Shown: piece by piece, positions 18,664 to 27,161 of the stretch
Layout: each line of letters begins with the position of its first letter
How positions within the stretch are numbered: the stretch's first letter is position 1
Assembly (NCBI GenBank): GCA_964521615.1
Contig: CAZFTL010000003.1
Location: 240,332 to 304,331, forward strand
Direction of reading: 5' to 3'
DNA from: an uncultured Stakelama sp.
Lineage (GTDB): Bacteria > Pseudomonadota > Alphaproteobacteria > Sphingomonadales > Sphingomonadaceae
Length of the DNA stretch: 64,000 bases
Notes under the pieces: generated by a model
What the model was told of the DNA's origin: nothing
Seen by the model: only the letters and a program-made list of their open reading frames with translations
Database searches by the model: none
Made by a program: the position numbers and the translations under genes

Positions 18664-18768
18664 GGCAAATCTCCTTGAAAACCCGCGCCTCAACCGACCA
18701 GCCCGGGCAAGCGTTCCGGAACGAAGCGATGATCCGCGCATTTCCGAAGGCGTCCGGAAGGAGAGCAA

Positions 18769-19770
18769 ATGCCGCGAATCGTCTATTGCGATGACAGCAT
18801 GCCCGGGATCACCCGGCGCAAGGTGCGCCATGGCTGGGGCTATTGGGACGCCGATGGCAACCGCATCACCGATCGTGACGAAATCGACCGCCTCAACGGC
18901 ATCGGCCTGCCCCCCGCCTATCGCGACGCCTGGTATTGCACCAATCGAAACGGGCATATCCAGGCGGTCGGTTGGGACGAGCGCGGCCGCAAGCAATATC
19001 GCTATCACCCCGATTTCCGCGCCGCGCGCGAAGCCGAGAAATACGATCGCTGCGCCGCGTTCGGCGAGGCACTGCCGAAGTTGCGCGCGCGGGTCGAGGC
19101 CGACCTGAAGTCGCGCCGGCACAGCAAGGAACGCACGGTCGCCGCGATCGTGAAATTGCTCGATATCGGCTATCTGCGCGTCGGCAACGAGGGGTATGCA
19201 AAGGCCAACAAGAGCTTCGGCGCAACGACATTGCGCGACCGCCACGCCGAAATCCGGGGCCAGACATTGAAGCTCTGTTATCGGGCGAAATCGGGCAAGA
19301 CGCGCACCCTGGTGATCACCGACCGCAGCCTCGCCCGTTTCGTCAAGAAGTGCCAGGACCTGCCGGGCCAGCAGCTGTTCCAATATGTCAACGGCGATGG
19401 CGAGCCGCATGGCGTGAGCTCGACCGACGTCAACGACTATATCCGCACGGCGACCGGCGAGGATTTCACCGCAAAGCATTTCCGCACCTGGGGCGCGAGC
19501 GTCATCGCGTTTGAGGCATTGGCCACCGCCGATCACGACATCGGGTTGAAGACGATGCTCGAACCGGTCACCGAAGCGCTCGGCAACACGCCAGCGATCG
19601 CGCGCAAATCCTATGTCCACCCGGCGCTGATCGACCTCGCCAAGAACGGCCAGGCAGCGTTTCGCACGCATCTCGATCTGCCGCGCGCGACCCGCTATCT
19701 CGATCGTTACGAACGCGGCCTGATCGCCTTTCTCGAAGGCACATGCGGGCCGCGGCGCAAGGCAGCCTGA
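18769..19770 (+). CDS. DNA topoisomerase IB (poxvirus-like bacterial type)
   Basis: ITRRKVRHGWGYWDADG...GYLRVGNEGYAKANKSFGATTLR...FTAKHFRTWGAS...ARKSYVHP contains the catalytic Tyr region. Confidence 0.85.
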   Translation: MPRIVYCDDSMPGITRRKVRHGWGYWDADGNRITDRDEIDRLNGIGLPPAYRDAWYCTNRNGHIQAVGWDERGRKQYRYHPDFRAAREAEKYDRCAAFGEALPKLRARVEADLKSRRHSKERTVAAIVKLLDIGYLRVGNEGYAKANKSFGATTLRDRHAEIRGQTLKLCYRAKSGKTRTLVITDRSLARFVKKCQDLPGQQLFQYVNGDGEPHGVSSTDVNDYIRTATGEDFTAKHFRTWGASVIAFEALATADHDIGLKTMLEPVTEALGNTPAIARKSYVHPALIDLAKNGQAAFRTHLDLPRATRYLDRYERGLIAFLEGTCGPRRKAA

Positions 19771-19779
19771 GGGACGAGA

Positions 19780-21006
19780 ATGAGCAACGTTACAGCGCCC
19801 AAAGCGGCCGCGACGCCGATCGGCGACCTGCCCTCGCACATCGACAAGCTTTATCACCAGACGTTCGACTGGCTGATCGGCAATTGGGTCGACGCGCTGA
19901 TCGCGGTCGGGATCGGCATCCTGATCTTCCTGGCACTGCACTTCGCCAAGTCGCTCGGGAAGCTGCTCTGCCGCCGCGATGCGACCGGCAAGGGTTGGTA
20001 TTCGGTATTCGGCCGCGCCATTGCCCGGACCGGCAATTTTTTCATGGCGATGACCGCGGCGGAGCTCGTCGCGATAGGCGCCGCCAGCTCGCACCCGCCC
20101 GACGCACTGATCGCGGCGATCAGGTTCCTGTTCACCGTCGCCGCGGTATTCCAGGGCGCGATCTGGGCACGCGAGATCATCCTCGGGGCGATCGAGCATC
20201 GTACCGCCGCCAGCGAGGATCATGGCGAGACGCTGGCCAATGCCATGGGCCTGATCCGCCTGTTCGTCACCTTTGCCCTGTTCGCGATCGCGCTGATCAT
20301 GGTGCTGGGCAATCTGGGCGTGAACGTCAGCGGTCTGATCGCCGGTCTGGGGGTCGGCGGCATCGCGATCGGCCTGGCCGCGCAGAGCATCTTCGCCGAC
20401 CTGTTCGCGGCGATCGCGATCATTTTCGATCGTCCGTTCCGGCGCGGCGATGCGATCACCTACGATTCCTCGGCGGGCACGGTCGAATATATCGGCATGC
20501 GATCGACCCGCATCCGCGGCGCCAATGGCGAAGAGCGGGTGATCGGCAACAAGAAGCTGCTCGATTATGAGATCATCAACAACTCGCGCCGCGAATATCG
20601 CCGGGTGATCTTCACGCTCGGGCTGGTCCAGACGACGCCGATCGACGTGCTCGAAAACCTGCCGCACATGCTCAAGGATATCGTCGAGGATCACGGACAG
20701 AAATTCGTCCGGGCCGGCTTCACCTCGTTCGGCGCGCAAAGCTACGATTTCGACCTCGAGTTCGACTCGCCGACCGCGGTGTTCCAGGACATGTACGATG
20801 CGCGGCATTCGATCGGACTGGCGATCGTCAAAAGATTCAACGACGCCGGCATCTCGTTCGCATACCCGACCCAGACGTCGATCACCGCCGAACAAGGCGG
20901 ATTGGTACAACCGAAAAAGCGCGCCGCGACGAAAAGCGACGAGACGATTCCGCCCCCGCCCTCTTCGGGGGATCGCTCGGTGGCGGATCAGGGGTCGACC
21001 GGCTGA
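19780..21006 (+). CDS. Mechanosensitive ion channel (MscS family)
   Basis: N-terminal TM helices followed by the MscS core GLGVGGIAIGLAAQSIFADLFAAIAIIFDRPFRRGDAI...GTVEYIGMRSTRIR. Confidence 0.85.
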   Translation: MSNVTAPKAAATPIGDLPSHIDKLYHQTFDWLIGNWVDALIAVGIGILIFLALHFAKSLGKLLCRRDATGKGWYSVFGRAIARTGNFFMAMTAAELVAIGAASSHPPDALIAAIRFLFTVAAVFQGAIWAREIILGAIEHRTAASEDHGETLANAMGLIRLFVTFALFAIALIMVLGNLGVNVSGLIAGLGVGGIAIGLAAQSIFADLFAAIAIIFDRPFRRGDAITYDSSAGTVEYIGMRSTRIRGANGEERVIGNKKLLDYEIINNSRREYRRVIFTLGLVQTTPIDVLENLPHMLKDIVEDHGQKFVRAGFTSFGAQSYDFDLEFDSPTAVFQDMYDARHSIGLAIVKRFNDAGISFAYPTQTSITAEQGGLVQPKKRAATKSDETIPPPPSSGDRSVADQGSTG

Positions 21007-21009
21007 TCC

Positions 21010-21495
21010 TCAGGCAGGCAGGAGAGCCGGCGGGCCCTTTTCGAGCATCGACTGCCAGGCCGGGATGGTGAGCCCGTCGAGATATTCGCGCTGCATTTCG
21101 GGCGTCAGCACCTCCGCGAGCACACGGCCCTCGATCCACAATTCGATCACGCCGAAGATTCCGCCGCGCTTGCGATATTTGCATGGCCAGCCTTCGCGCG
21201 CCGCGATCGCCTCGACCGACGCGGCGTCGAGCGCGGTCGCCATCGCGAAGTGGGTCGCCGTGCGCGCCGGCCGGTCGCTGATCACGCCGATGGCATCGGC
21301 ATCGCCTGGCGCTTCGAACAGCTCGGCACCGCGAGGATAGACCTCGACCGTGGTGCCCCTCTCGTCGCCGGCCATCGCCATCCAGCTGCCGGTGAGCACG
21401 GGCGGAAATGGAAAGGCCTGACCTTCCCACAATTCGGCGATCACCCCGGCGACGTGACGCGGGTCGTCGGCATCGATCGATAGATGGAACAACAT
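21010..21495 (-). CDS. Hypothetical protein (161 aa), possibly glyoxalase/VOC-like fold
   Basis: ATG 21495 (MLFHLSIDADDPRHVAGVIAELWEG) is preceded by GGGAGA. Divergent from the TetR gene. Confidence 0.5.
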   Translation of the reverse strand: MLFHLSIDADDPRHVAGVIAELWEGQAFPFPPVLTGSWMAMAGDERGTTVEVYPRGAELFEAPGDADAIGVISDRPARTATHFAMATALDAASVEAIAAREGWPCKYRKRGGIFGVIELWIEGRVLAEVLTPEMQREYLDGLTIPAWQSMLEKGPPALLPA

Positions 21496-21527
21496 GCAAA
21501 GATCTCCCTGATTGGTGTGTTGCTCCA

Positions 21528-21591
21528 ATAATACTCATGGCACAAATTGTGTCAACGGGCATTTGACACTTTTTGTGCCATCGCCGATAAT
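21528..21591. promoter_or_regulatory. Back-to-back sigma70-like promoters overlapped by an 18-nt-arm palindromic operator
   Basis: TGGCACAAATTGTGTCAA-N7-TTGACACTTTTTGTGCCA (16/18 symmetric, 21538-21580). Plus strand: TTGACA-17-GATAAT. Minus strand: TTGACA-16-TATTAT. Confidence 0.6.
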
Positions 21592-21597
21592 CGGGCG

Positions 21598-22221
21598 ATG
21601 GCAGCCCCACCGCCCAAGCCCGACGCCATCTCCGACAACAGTCACACGCGGGATCGCATCGCCGATGCGATGATCGAGCTGATGGCCAATGGCGAGCGCC
21701 TCAATCACGACGCCGTCGCCACTCAGGCCGGCCTCTCACGCCGGACCGTCTACCGCTACTTTCCTGACCAGGAGGCGCTGCGGCACGGCGCCTGGACGCG
21801 GATGAGCCCCGGCGGCAGGATCCCCGATGCCATCGACGAGTTGCTCGGCGGCCTCGAAGAGCGCTTCGCCAAGTTCGACCACAATGCAGCCGCCATGACC
21901 GTTGCGCTGGCGAGCGCCGACGGACGGGCGATGCGCAACCAGGTCAAGGCGGAGCGCAAAGCTGCATATCGCGGAATGTTCGGGCAGCACGTTGCTGCCC
22001 TCGACGAGCCCGATCGCACCCGGGCGATCGCCATCATCCAATTGCTGTCGAGCGGGTTCGTCTGGCGCGAATTGCGCGACCAGTGGGACATGGACGCCCA
22101 CGGCATGGCGGCAGCCGCCTCTTGGGCGATCGCGGTCCTGATCGCCGACCTTCACCATCGTGGCGCAGCGCCGCTGGCCGAGGGACCGGCCGACCCTTCT
22201 CGATCGGCCGCTGTGCCCTAG
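21598..22221 (+). CDS. TetR/AcrR family transcriptional regulator
   Basis: HTH region RIADAMIELMANGERLNHDAVATQAGLSRRTVYRYFPDQEAL. ATG 21598 lies 7 nt after the -10 box, so the mRNA is possibly leaderless. Confidence 0.8.
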   Translation: MAAPPPKPDAISDNSHTRDRIADAMIELMANGERLNHDAVATQAGLSRRTVYRYFPDQEALRHGAWTRMSPGGRIPDAIDELLGGLEERFAKFDHNAAAMTVALASADGRAMRNQVKAERKAAYRGMFGQHVAALDEPDRTRAIAIIQLLSSGFVWRELRDQWDMDAHGMAAAASWAIAVLIADLHHRGAAPLAEGPADPSRSAAVP

Positions 22222-22476
22222 AATCGAAAGATCAGGCCGCGGCTTCCGTTGCGTCGCGCCCATGGCCCAAATTGATCAGGTAGCGAGTATCCGGCAGGCG
22301 CAGGCGATCTCATCGAGCTGCTCCGCGCGACGAGCTCGGCGTCGATTGCCTCCCGCGCCGCCGCCTGGGTCGTCGCCGCGCCCGCGATAGGGCGAGTCGC
22401 TTCCGCGCGGAGCACCAACGCACCATTTTTTGAATATCGGGTTCGGAAAGGAAGAGCCCATTACCCCACCATTTCC

Positions 22477-22496
22477 TGACGTACGACGTTACGTCA
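22477..22496. promoter_or_regulatory. Inverted repeat TGACGTA-N6-TACGTCA upstream of the MaoC/thiolase genes
   Basis: 7-6-7 inverted repeat about 110 nt upstream of the maoC-like start. Function is unknown. Confidence 0.25.
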
Positions 22497-22604
22497 TTCG
22501 GACTTTTCCTGTCCGCGGTCAGGTCGGGCTTGCCCTCCGGGCACGGCCGCGCCTAGAGGAACGGGAGCGGCCCGGTGTGGCCGAACCAGCTTTAGGGGAA
22601 TGCC

Positions 22605-23075
22605 GTGGCCACCACCGCAGACACGATCACGATCCAGCAACTGGCCGAGCAGATCGGGACGGAACGCGTCTCCGACTGGGTCGAGGTCAGCCAGGAGATG
22701 ATCGACAAGTTCGCCGATGCGACCGGCGACCACCAGTTCATCCACGTCAATCCACAGATGGCGGCGATGACCCCGTTCGGCGGCACCATCGCGCACGGCT
22801 TCCTGACGCTCTCGCTGATGCCGCTGCTGTCGTCCAAGGTCGCCGACCAGCCCAAGATCGAAGGCGTGAAAATGGGGGTGAATTACGGCGGCAACAAAGT
22901 CCGCTTCATCACCCCGGTTCGCTCGGGCAAGCGCGTCCGCGGCCGCTTCAAGCTGCTCGAACTGATCGAGAAGCGCCCGGGTCAATGGCAGCAGACCAAC
23001 GAATTCACCGTGGAGATCGAGGGCGAGGACAAGCCCGCGCTGATCGCCGAGTGGATCAGCCAGATTTTCGTCTAG
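22605..23075 (+). CDS. MaoC-family (R)-specific enoyl-CoA hydratase
   Basis: Hot-dog hydratase-2 motif region FADATGDHQFIHVNPQMAAMTPFGGTIAHGFLTLSL. Confidence 0.85.
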   Translation: MATTADTITIQQLAEQIGTERVSDWVEVSQEMIDKFADATGDHQFIHVNPQMAAMTPFGGTIAHGFLTLSLMPLLSSKVADQPKIEGVKMGVNYGGNKVRFITPVRSGKRVRGRFKLLELIEKRPGQWQQTNEFTVEIEGEDKPALIAEWISQIFV

Positions 23076-23080
23076 GTTAC

Positions 23081-23211
23081 TCCCCTCCCTTCCAGGGAGG
23101 GGTTGGGGGTGGGTCGCGAGCGCAGCGAGCGTCCCGGACCAGCCCCATGCACAGTCGCCGGCGCTGACGCGCCGGCACCCACCCCCAGCCCCTCCCTCAA
23201 AGGGAGGGGAG
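23081..23211. repeat. Family-A hairpin/IR element
   Basis: Left arm TCCCCTCCCTTCCAGGGAGGGGTTGGGGGTGGGT and right arm ACCCACCCCCAGCCCCTCCCTCAAAGGGAGGGGA. Each arm is itself a hairpin. Confidence 0.6.
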
Positions 23212-23225
23212 ATTAAGAGGTCACC

Positions 23226-24404
23226 ATGCGCTCCGCCGTCATCGTTTCCACCGCCCGCACCCCGATCGGCCGCGCCTATCGCGGTGGGTTCAACAACCTG
23301 CCCTCCCCGACGCTCGCCAGCCATTCGATCAAGGCTGCGGTCGAGCGTGCCAAGATCGATCCCGCCGAAGTGCAGGACGTGGTGTTCGGCGCGGCTCTCC
23401 AGCAAGGCGTTCAGGCCGGCAATATCGCGCGTCAGGCGCTGCTCCGCGCGGGCCTGCCGGTCACGGTCGCCGGCATGTCGCTCGACCGTCAGTGCGCCTC
23501 GGGCCTGATGGCGATCGCCACTGCGGCCAAGGAGATCGTCCTCGACAATATGGACGTGGCGATCGGCGGCGGCGTCGAGTCGATCTCGATGGTGCAGACC
23601 CCGCAGATGCGCGTCGGCCGCGACGACGAACTGCTGGCGATGCACAAGGACGTGTACATGCCGATGCTGCAGACCGCCGAGGTCGTGGCGAAGCGCTACA
23701 ATATCAGCCGCGAGGCGATGGACGACTATTCGCTGCAGTCGCAGCAACGCACCGCCGCAGCACAGCAGGCCGGCTATTTCGATGCCGAGATCGTGCCGGT
23801 CACCGCAACGATGGCGATGACCAACAAGGAGACCAAGGAAGTCACCCATCACGAGGTCACCGTGACCAAGGACGAGGGCAATCGCCCGGAGACCTCGATC
23901 GAGGGCCTGCGCGGGTTGCAGCCGGTGCTCGGCCCCGATTTCACCATCACCGCGGGCAACGCCTCGCAGCTGTCGGACGGCTCGTCGGCCAGCGTGCTGA
24001 TGGAGGAGAAGCTCGCCGAGAAGCGCGGCCTGACCCCGCTCGGCCGCTATGTCGGCATGGCGGTCGCCGGCACCGAGCCCGACGAAATGGGCATCGGCCC
24101 GGTCTTCGCGATCCCCAAGCTGCTCGAGCGCAACGGGCTCAAGATGGACGATATCGGCTTGTGGGAGCTCAATGAGGCGTTCGCGGTCCAGGTCCTCTAT
24201 TGCCGCGACAAGCTCGGCATTCCCAACGACCTGCTCAACGTCAACGGCGGCTCGATCTCGATCGGCCACCCCTACGGCATGACGGGCGCGCGCTGCACCG
24301 GCCACGCGCTGATCGAGGGCAAACGCCGCGGCGCCAAGTACGTCGTCGTGACGATGTGCGTCGGCGGCGGCATGGGCGCGGCGGGGCTGTTCGAGGTCCT
24401 CTGA
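23226..24404 (+). CDS. Acetyl-CoA C-acyltransferase (thiolase)
   Basis: Active-site Cys ([12 protein letters not shown]), C-terminal [17 protein letters not shown] and [13 protein letters not shown]. Confidence 0.93.
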   Translation: MRSAVIVSTARTPIGRAYRGGFNNLPSPTLASHSIKAAVERAKIDPAEVQDVVFGAALQQGVQAGNIARQALLRAGLPVTVAGMSLDRQCASGLMAIATAAKEIVLDNMDVAIGGGVESISMVQTPQMRVGRDDELLAMHKDVYMPMLQTAEVVAKRYNISREAMDDYSLQSQQRTAAAQQAGYFDAEIVPVTATMAMTNKETKEVTHHEVTVTKDEGNRPETSIEGLRGLQPVLGPDFTITAGNASQLSDGSSASVLMEEKLAEKRGLTPLGRYVGMAVAGTEPDEMGIGPVFAIPKLLERNGLKMDDIGLWELNEAFAVQVLYCRDKLGIPNDLLNVNGGSISIGHPYGMTGARCTGHALIEGKRRGAKYVVVTMCVGGGMGAAGLFEVL

Positions 24405-24424
24405 TCCCGCGATGAGGATTGGAA

Positions 24425-24458
24425 AGGGGTCGGTGGAGTGATCCGCCGGCCTCTTTTG
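24425..24458 (+). terminator. Rho-independent terminator after the thiolase gene
   Basis: 12-bp stem allowing G-U pairs (AGGGGUCGGUGG / CCGCCGGCCUCU), 6-nt loop, then UUUUGU. Confidence 0.6.
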
Positions 24459-24536
24459 TCATCCGGAGCCATACTTGACGGCGGCGCGTAGGACGCGCAC
24501 CTCGTCCTCATGCGTGGCCGGCTTCGTGCGAACAGG

Positions 24537-25055
24537 ATGTCGATCAGGCTAGCGTTCCGACCCTTCGTAGATGCGTTTAAGTTCGAAGGGCGATCGACAC
24601 GTTCCGAAGTCGCCTCGTTCTGGCTTCTCAGCGCCGTCGTGAACGCGTTCCACATGAACGCCGACAATCCGTCGCTGCTGATGACAATAGCTGGCGTCAT
24701 CTCGACGCTCGTCTGGGATTGGCCCTGGATCGCATTGTTTGTGCGCCGGCTGCACGATCAGGATCGAACAGGGCGTTGGGCGTGGCTGAATGGTGGTCTG
24801 ATCGCAATGACGGTAGCTGGCCTGTGGACGGGACCCGCTGGCAACGGTCCGAATATCTCGATCGATTGGTGGTTCTTCCGTACCAGCCGGCAGATCGCCT
24901 GGACGCCGATCACGATCATCGCAACCGTCGTCGCGGTCACGGTCGTACTCGCCATCTGGCTGCTGTTCCTCTTCCGCGGTACCACCGGCACCAACCGTTA
25001 TGGTCCCGACCCTCGACTCGTCACCGATCCGATTTTCGTGGCGGCGGAAACCTGA
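24537..25055 (+). CDS. DUF805-like inner-membrane protein
   Basis: N-terminal AFKFEGRSTRSEVASFWLL and RRLHDQDRTGRWAW between TM helices resemble the YhaH/DUF805 family. Confidence 0.65.
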   Translation: MSIRLAFRPFVDAFKFEGRSTRSEVASFWLLSAVVNAFHMNADNPSLLMTIAGVISTLVWDWPWIALFVRRLHDQDRTGRWAWLNGGLIAMTVAGLWTGPAGNGPNISIDWWFFRTSRQIAWTPITIIATVVAVTVVLAIWLLFLFRGTTGTNRYGPDPRLVTDPIFVAAET

Positions 25056-25097
25056 ACTCGACGGAGCGTTCTCTCTTCCGGACACAGGAGAGACACG

Positions 25098-25589
25098 ATG
25101 GCCGACACGCGGGAAATCAAGCAGCACTTCTGGAAGAAACTGTCCGACAGCCCGTTCGTGATGATGGGGATCGAGGGCGACGGCCAGCATAGCGAGCCGC
25201 TGACCGCGCAGCTCGACAAGGATCAGGTCGACACGATCTTCTTCTTCATCGGCAAGGACAACCGCCTGGCCAAGGGCGGCACGGCGATGGCGCAATTCGT
25301 TTCAAAGGGGCACGACTTCTTCGCCTGCCTGATGGGCGAGGCGCGGATCGACAACGATTTCGCGATGATCGACAAGCTCTGGAACAACCAGGTCGAGGCC
25401 TGGTTTCCGGGCGGCAAGGACGACCCCAACCTGGTGCTGCTGCGCTTCGAGATCAGCGATGCCGAAATGTGGGAGACCGACATGTCGATCGCCGGCAAGG
25501 TCAAGATGCTGTTCGGCGGCAAGATCGACGCCGGCGATGAGGGCAGTCACGCCAAGGTCGGTACCACGGCGGAGTCGAGCGGGGCGTAG
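25098..25589 (+). CDS. Pyridoxamine 5'-phosphate oxidase-family general stress protein
   Basis: The MADTREIKQHFWKKLSDSPFVMMG...FFFIGKDNRLAKG...WFPGGKDDPNLVLLRF pattern resembles general stress protein 26-like PNPOx-fold proteins. Confidence 0.7.
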   Translation: MADTREIKQHFWKKLSDSPFVMMGIEGDGQHSEPLTAQLDKDQVDTIFFFIGKDNRLAKGGTAMAQFVSKGHDFFACLMGEARIDNDFAMIDKLWNNQVEAWFPGGKDDPNLVLLRFEISDAEMWETDMSIAGKVKMLFGGKIDAGDEGSHAKVGTTAESSGA

Positions 25590-25600
25590 CTGAAATTACT

Positions 25601-25724
25601 CCGTCACCCCGGCCTTGTGCCGGCGCCCACCGGGCAGCAGGCGCGCGTCTCGAGATTCTGGCTGAGGTTTCCCAGCGCTCGGACCAGCGGCACGGTGGAT
25701 GCCGGCACGAGGCCGGCATCACGG
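25601..25724. repeat. Family-B IR element (GTCACCCCGGCCTTGTGCCGG... arms)
   Basis: Left arm CCGTCACCCCGGCCTTGTGCCGGCGCCCACCG and right arm CGGTGGATGCCGGCACGAGGCCGGCATCACGG. Lies between convergent genes. Confidence 0.6.
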
Positions 25725-25752
25725 TAACAAGACTGCCCGCTATAATTGCACG

Positions 25753-26985
25753 TCACCCGCCGTGTGCGGAAATCCACTCCTCGAGCACCGGGGCGATCTT
25801 CGTCCGCCACTTGCTACCGTTGAAGATGCCGTAATGGCCTGCGTCGGCGACGAGGTACTTCTTCTCCGACTCGGGCAAATTGGTCGCGATCGTCAGCGCC
25901 GCCTTGGTCTGGCCGAGCCCCGAAATGTCGTCACGCTGGCCCTCGATCGCGAGGATGGCGATGTCGGTGATCGCGCCCGGATCGACCTTGCGGCCGCGAT
26001 GCATCATCTCGCCCTTGGGCAAGGCGTGCTCCTGGAACACCACCTCGATCGTCTGGAGATAGAATTCGGCGGTCATGTCGCAGACCGAGCGATATTCCTC
26101 GTAGAAGTCCTTGGTCGCCTCAGCGCTCTCGTCGTCGCCCTGGACCAGGTGCTTGAACATTTCCCAGTGCGAAATCATGTGATTGCCCAGGTTCATCGTC
26201 ATGAACCCGGCGAGTTGCAGGAAACCGGGATAGACCCGGCGGCCGGCGCCCGGATAATTGAGCGGCACCGTCGCGATGACATTCTGCTCGAACCAGGCGA
26301 ACGGGCGTTCGGTGGCGAGCGTGTTGACCGCCGTCGGCGCCTCGCGCGTGTCGATCGGGCCACCCATCATCGTCAGCGTCTTGGGCCGGCACGGATTCTT
26401 GTCGGCGCTCATCACGCAGGCGGCGGCGTAGCATGGCACCGACGGCTGGCAGACCGCCAACATGTGCGCGCCCGGGCCGATCGCCTCGAGGAATTCGACG
26501 ATGTAATCGACGTAATCGTCGAGATCGAAGCGTCCCTCCGCAAGCGGCACCTGGCGCGCGTCGCGCCAGTCGGTGATGTAGACGTCGGCAAAGGGCAGCA
26601 TTCGCTCGACGGTGCCACGAAGCAAGGTCGCATAATGGCCCGACATCGGCGCGACGATCAGCAGCCGGGGTCCGCCCTTCACGCCCTTGCGCACGAAGCG
26701 CTTGAGCTGGCCGAACGGTTTACGCAGCACGATTTCCTCGACAACGTCGACTGCCTTGCCGGCGATCGTCGTGCGGTCGAGCCCGAATTCGGGCTTACCG
26801 CGCGGCGCGGACGCGTGGGCGAACACCTCGAGCGCCGAGGCGATGACCGGGCCGCCACCGAAATAGGCGAAGGGATTGGCGGGATTGCTGAGCAGCTCTG
26901 CGCTGAAATTCGCCAGTGCGCTGGCGCCCGCCAGCATCGACCGCTGCATTTCATAGGCGTTGTAGAGCATTTGCCCCCGATACAT
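25753..26985 (-). CDS. phaZ: Intracellular polyhydroxyalkanoate depolymerase
   Basis: The N-terminus MLYNAYEMQRSMLAGASALANFSAELLSNPANPF and the about 400-aa alpha/beta core are typical of PhaZ. Start is 26985 or 26970. Confidence 0.85.
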   Translation of the reverse strand: MYRGQMLYNAYEMQRSMLAGASALANFSAELLSNPANPFAYFGGGPVIASALEVFAHASAPRGKPEFGLDRTTIAGKAVDVVEEIVLRKPFGQLKRFVRKGVKGGPRLLIVAPMSGHYATLLRGTVERMLPFADVYITDWRDARQVPLAEGRFDLDDYVDYIVEFLEAIGPGAHMLAVCQPSVPCYAAACVMSADKNPCRPKTLTMMGGPIDTREAPTAVNTLATERPFAWFEQNVIATVPLNYPGAGRRVYPGFLQLAGFMTMNLGNHMISHWEMFKHLVQGDDESAEATKDFYEEYRSVCDMTAEFYLQTIEVVFQEHALPKGEMMHRGRKVDPGAITDIAILAIEGQRDDISGLGQTKAALTIATNLPESEKKYLVADAGHYGIFNGSKWRTKIAPVLEEWISAHGG

Positions 26986-27161
26986 GAGTAACCGTTTCCC
27001 TGTTACTAACCCTTAGGCCCGTGTTGCACCGCACACAACGCCATATTCGGTAGACCGTTGAGCTTTGGGTATGGCGACAACCGTCCGGCGCCTCGGCGTT
27101 GCGCATCACAGCGGCCTTTCCAGGCATTGCCGCGGGCGTTCCTACGGCCTAGGTGCGCGTC

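Noticed and set aside
18664-20910. Upstream about 750 codons of the 936-aa minus-strand ORF (18100..20910)
   Set aside because: It is antisense to clearly recognisable TopIB and MscS genes, and its composition is Arg/Asp/Gly-rich shadow sequence typical of high-GC DNA. Only the 3' 187 codons (DJ-1/PfpI) are credible.
22218-22418. 66-aa minus-strand ORF as a real gene
   Set aside because: Codon bias looks coding-like only in part. There is no RBS or start context and no recognisable motif. It is reported only as a possible remnant within a finding.
22494-24305. 603-aa minus-strand ORF, and similar long antisense ORFs (2799..3992, 25699..26991, 27810..29108, 31597..33438, 34543..35907, 42042..43502, 45242..46378, 53913..55268, 57429..58718)
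   Set aside because: Each lies opposite a gene with unmistakable family motifs. The products are low-complexity and Arg/Gly/Asp/His-rich. Such ORFs are an expected artefact of stop-codon depletion in GC-rich sequence.
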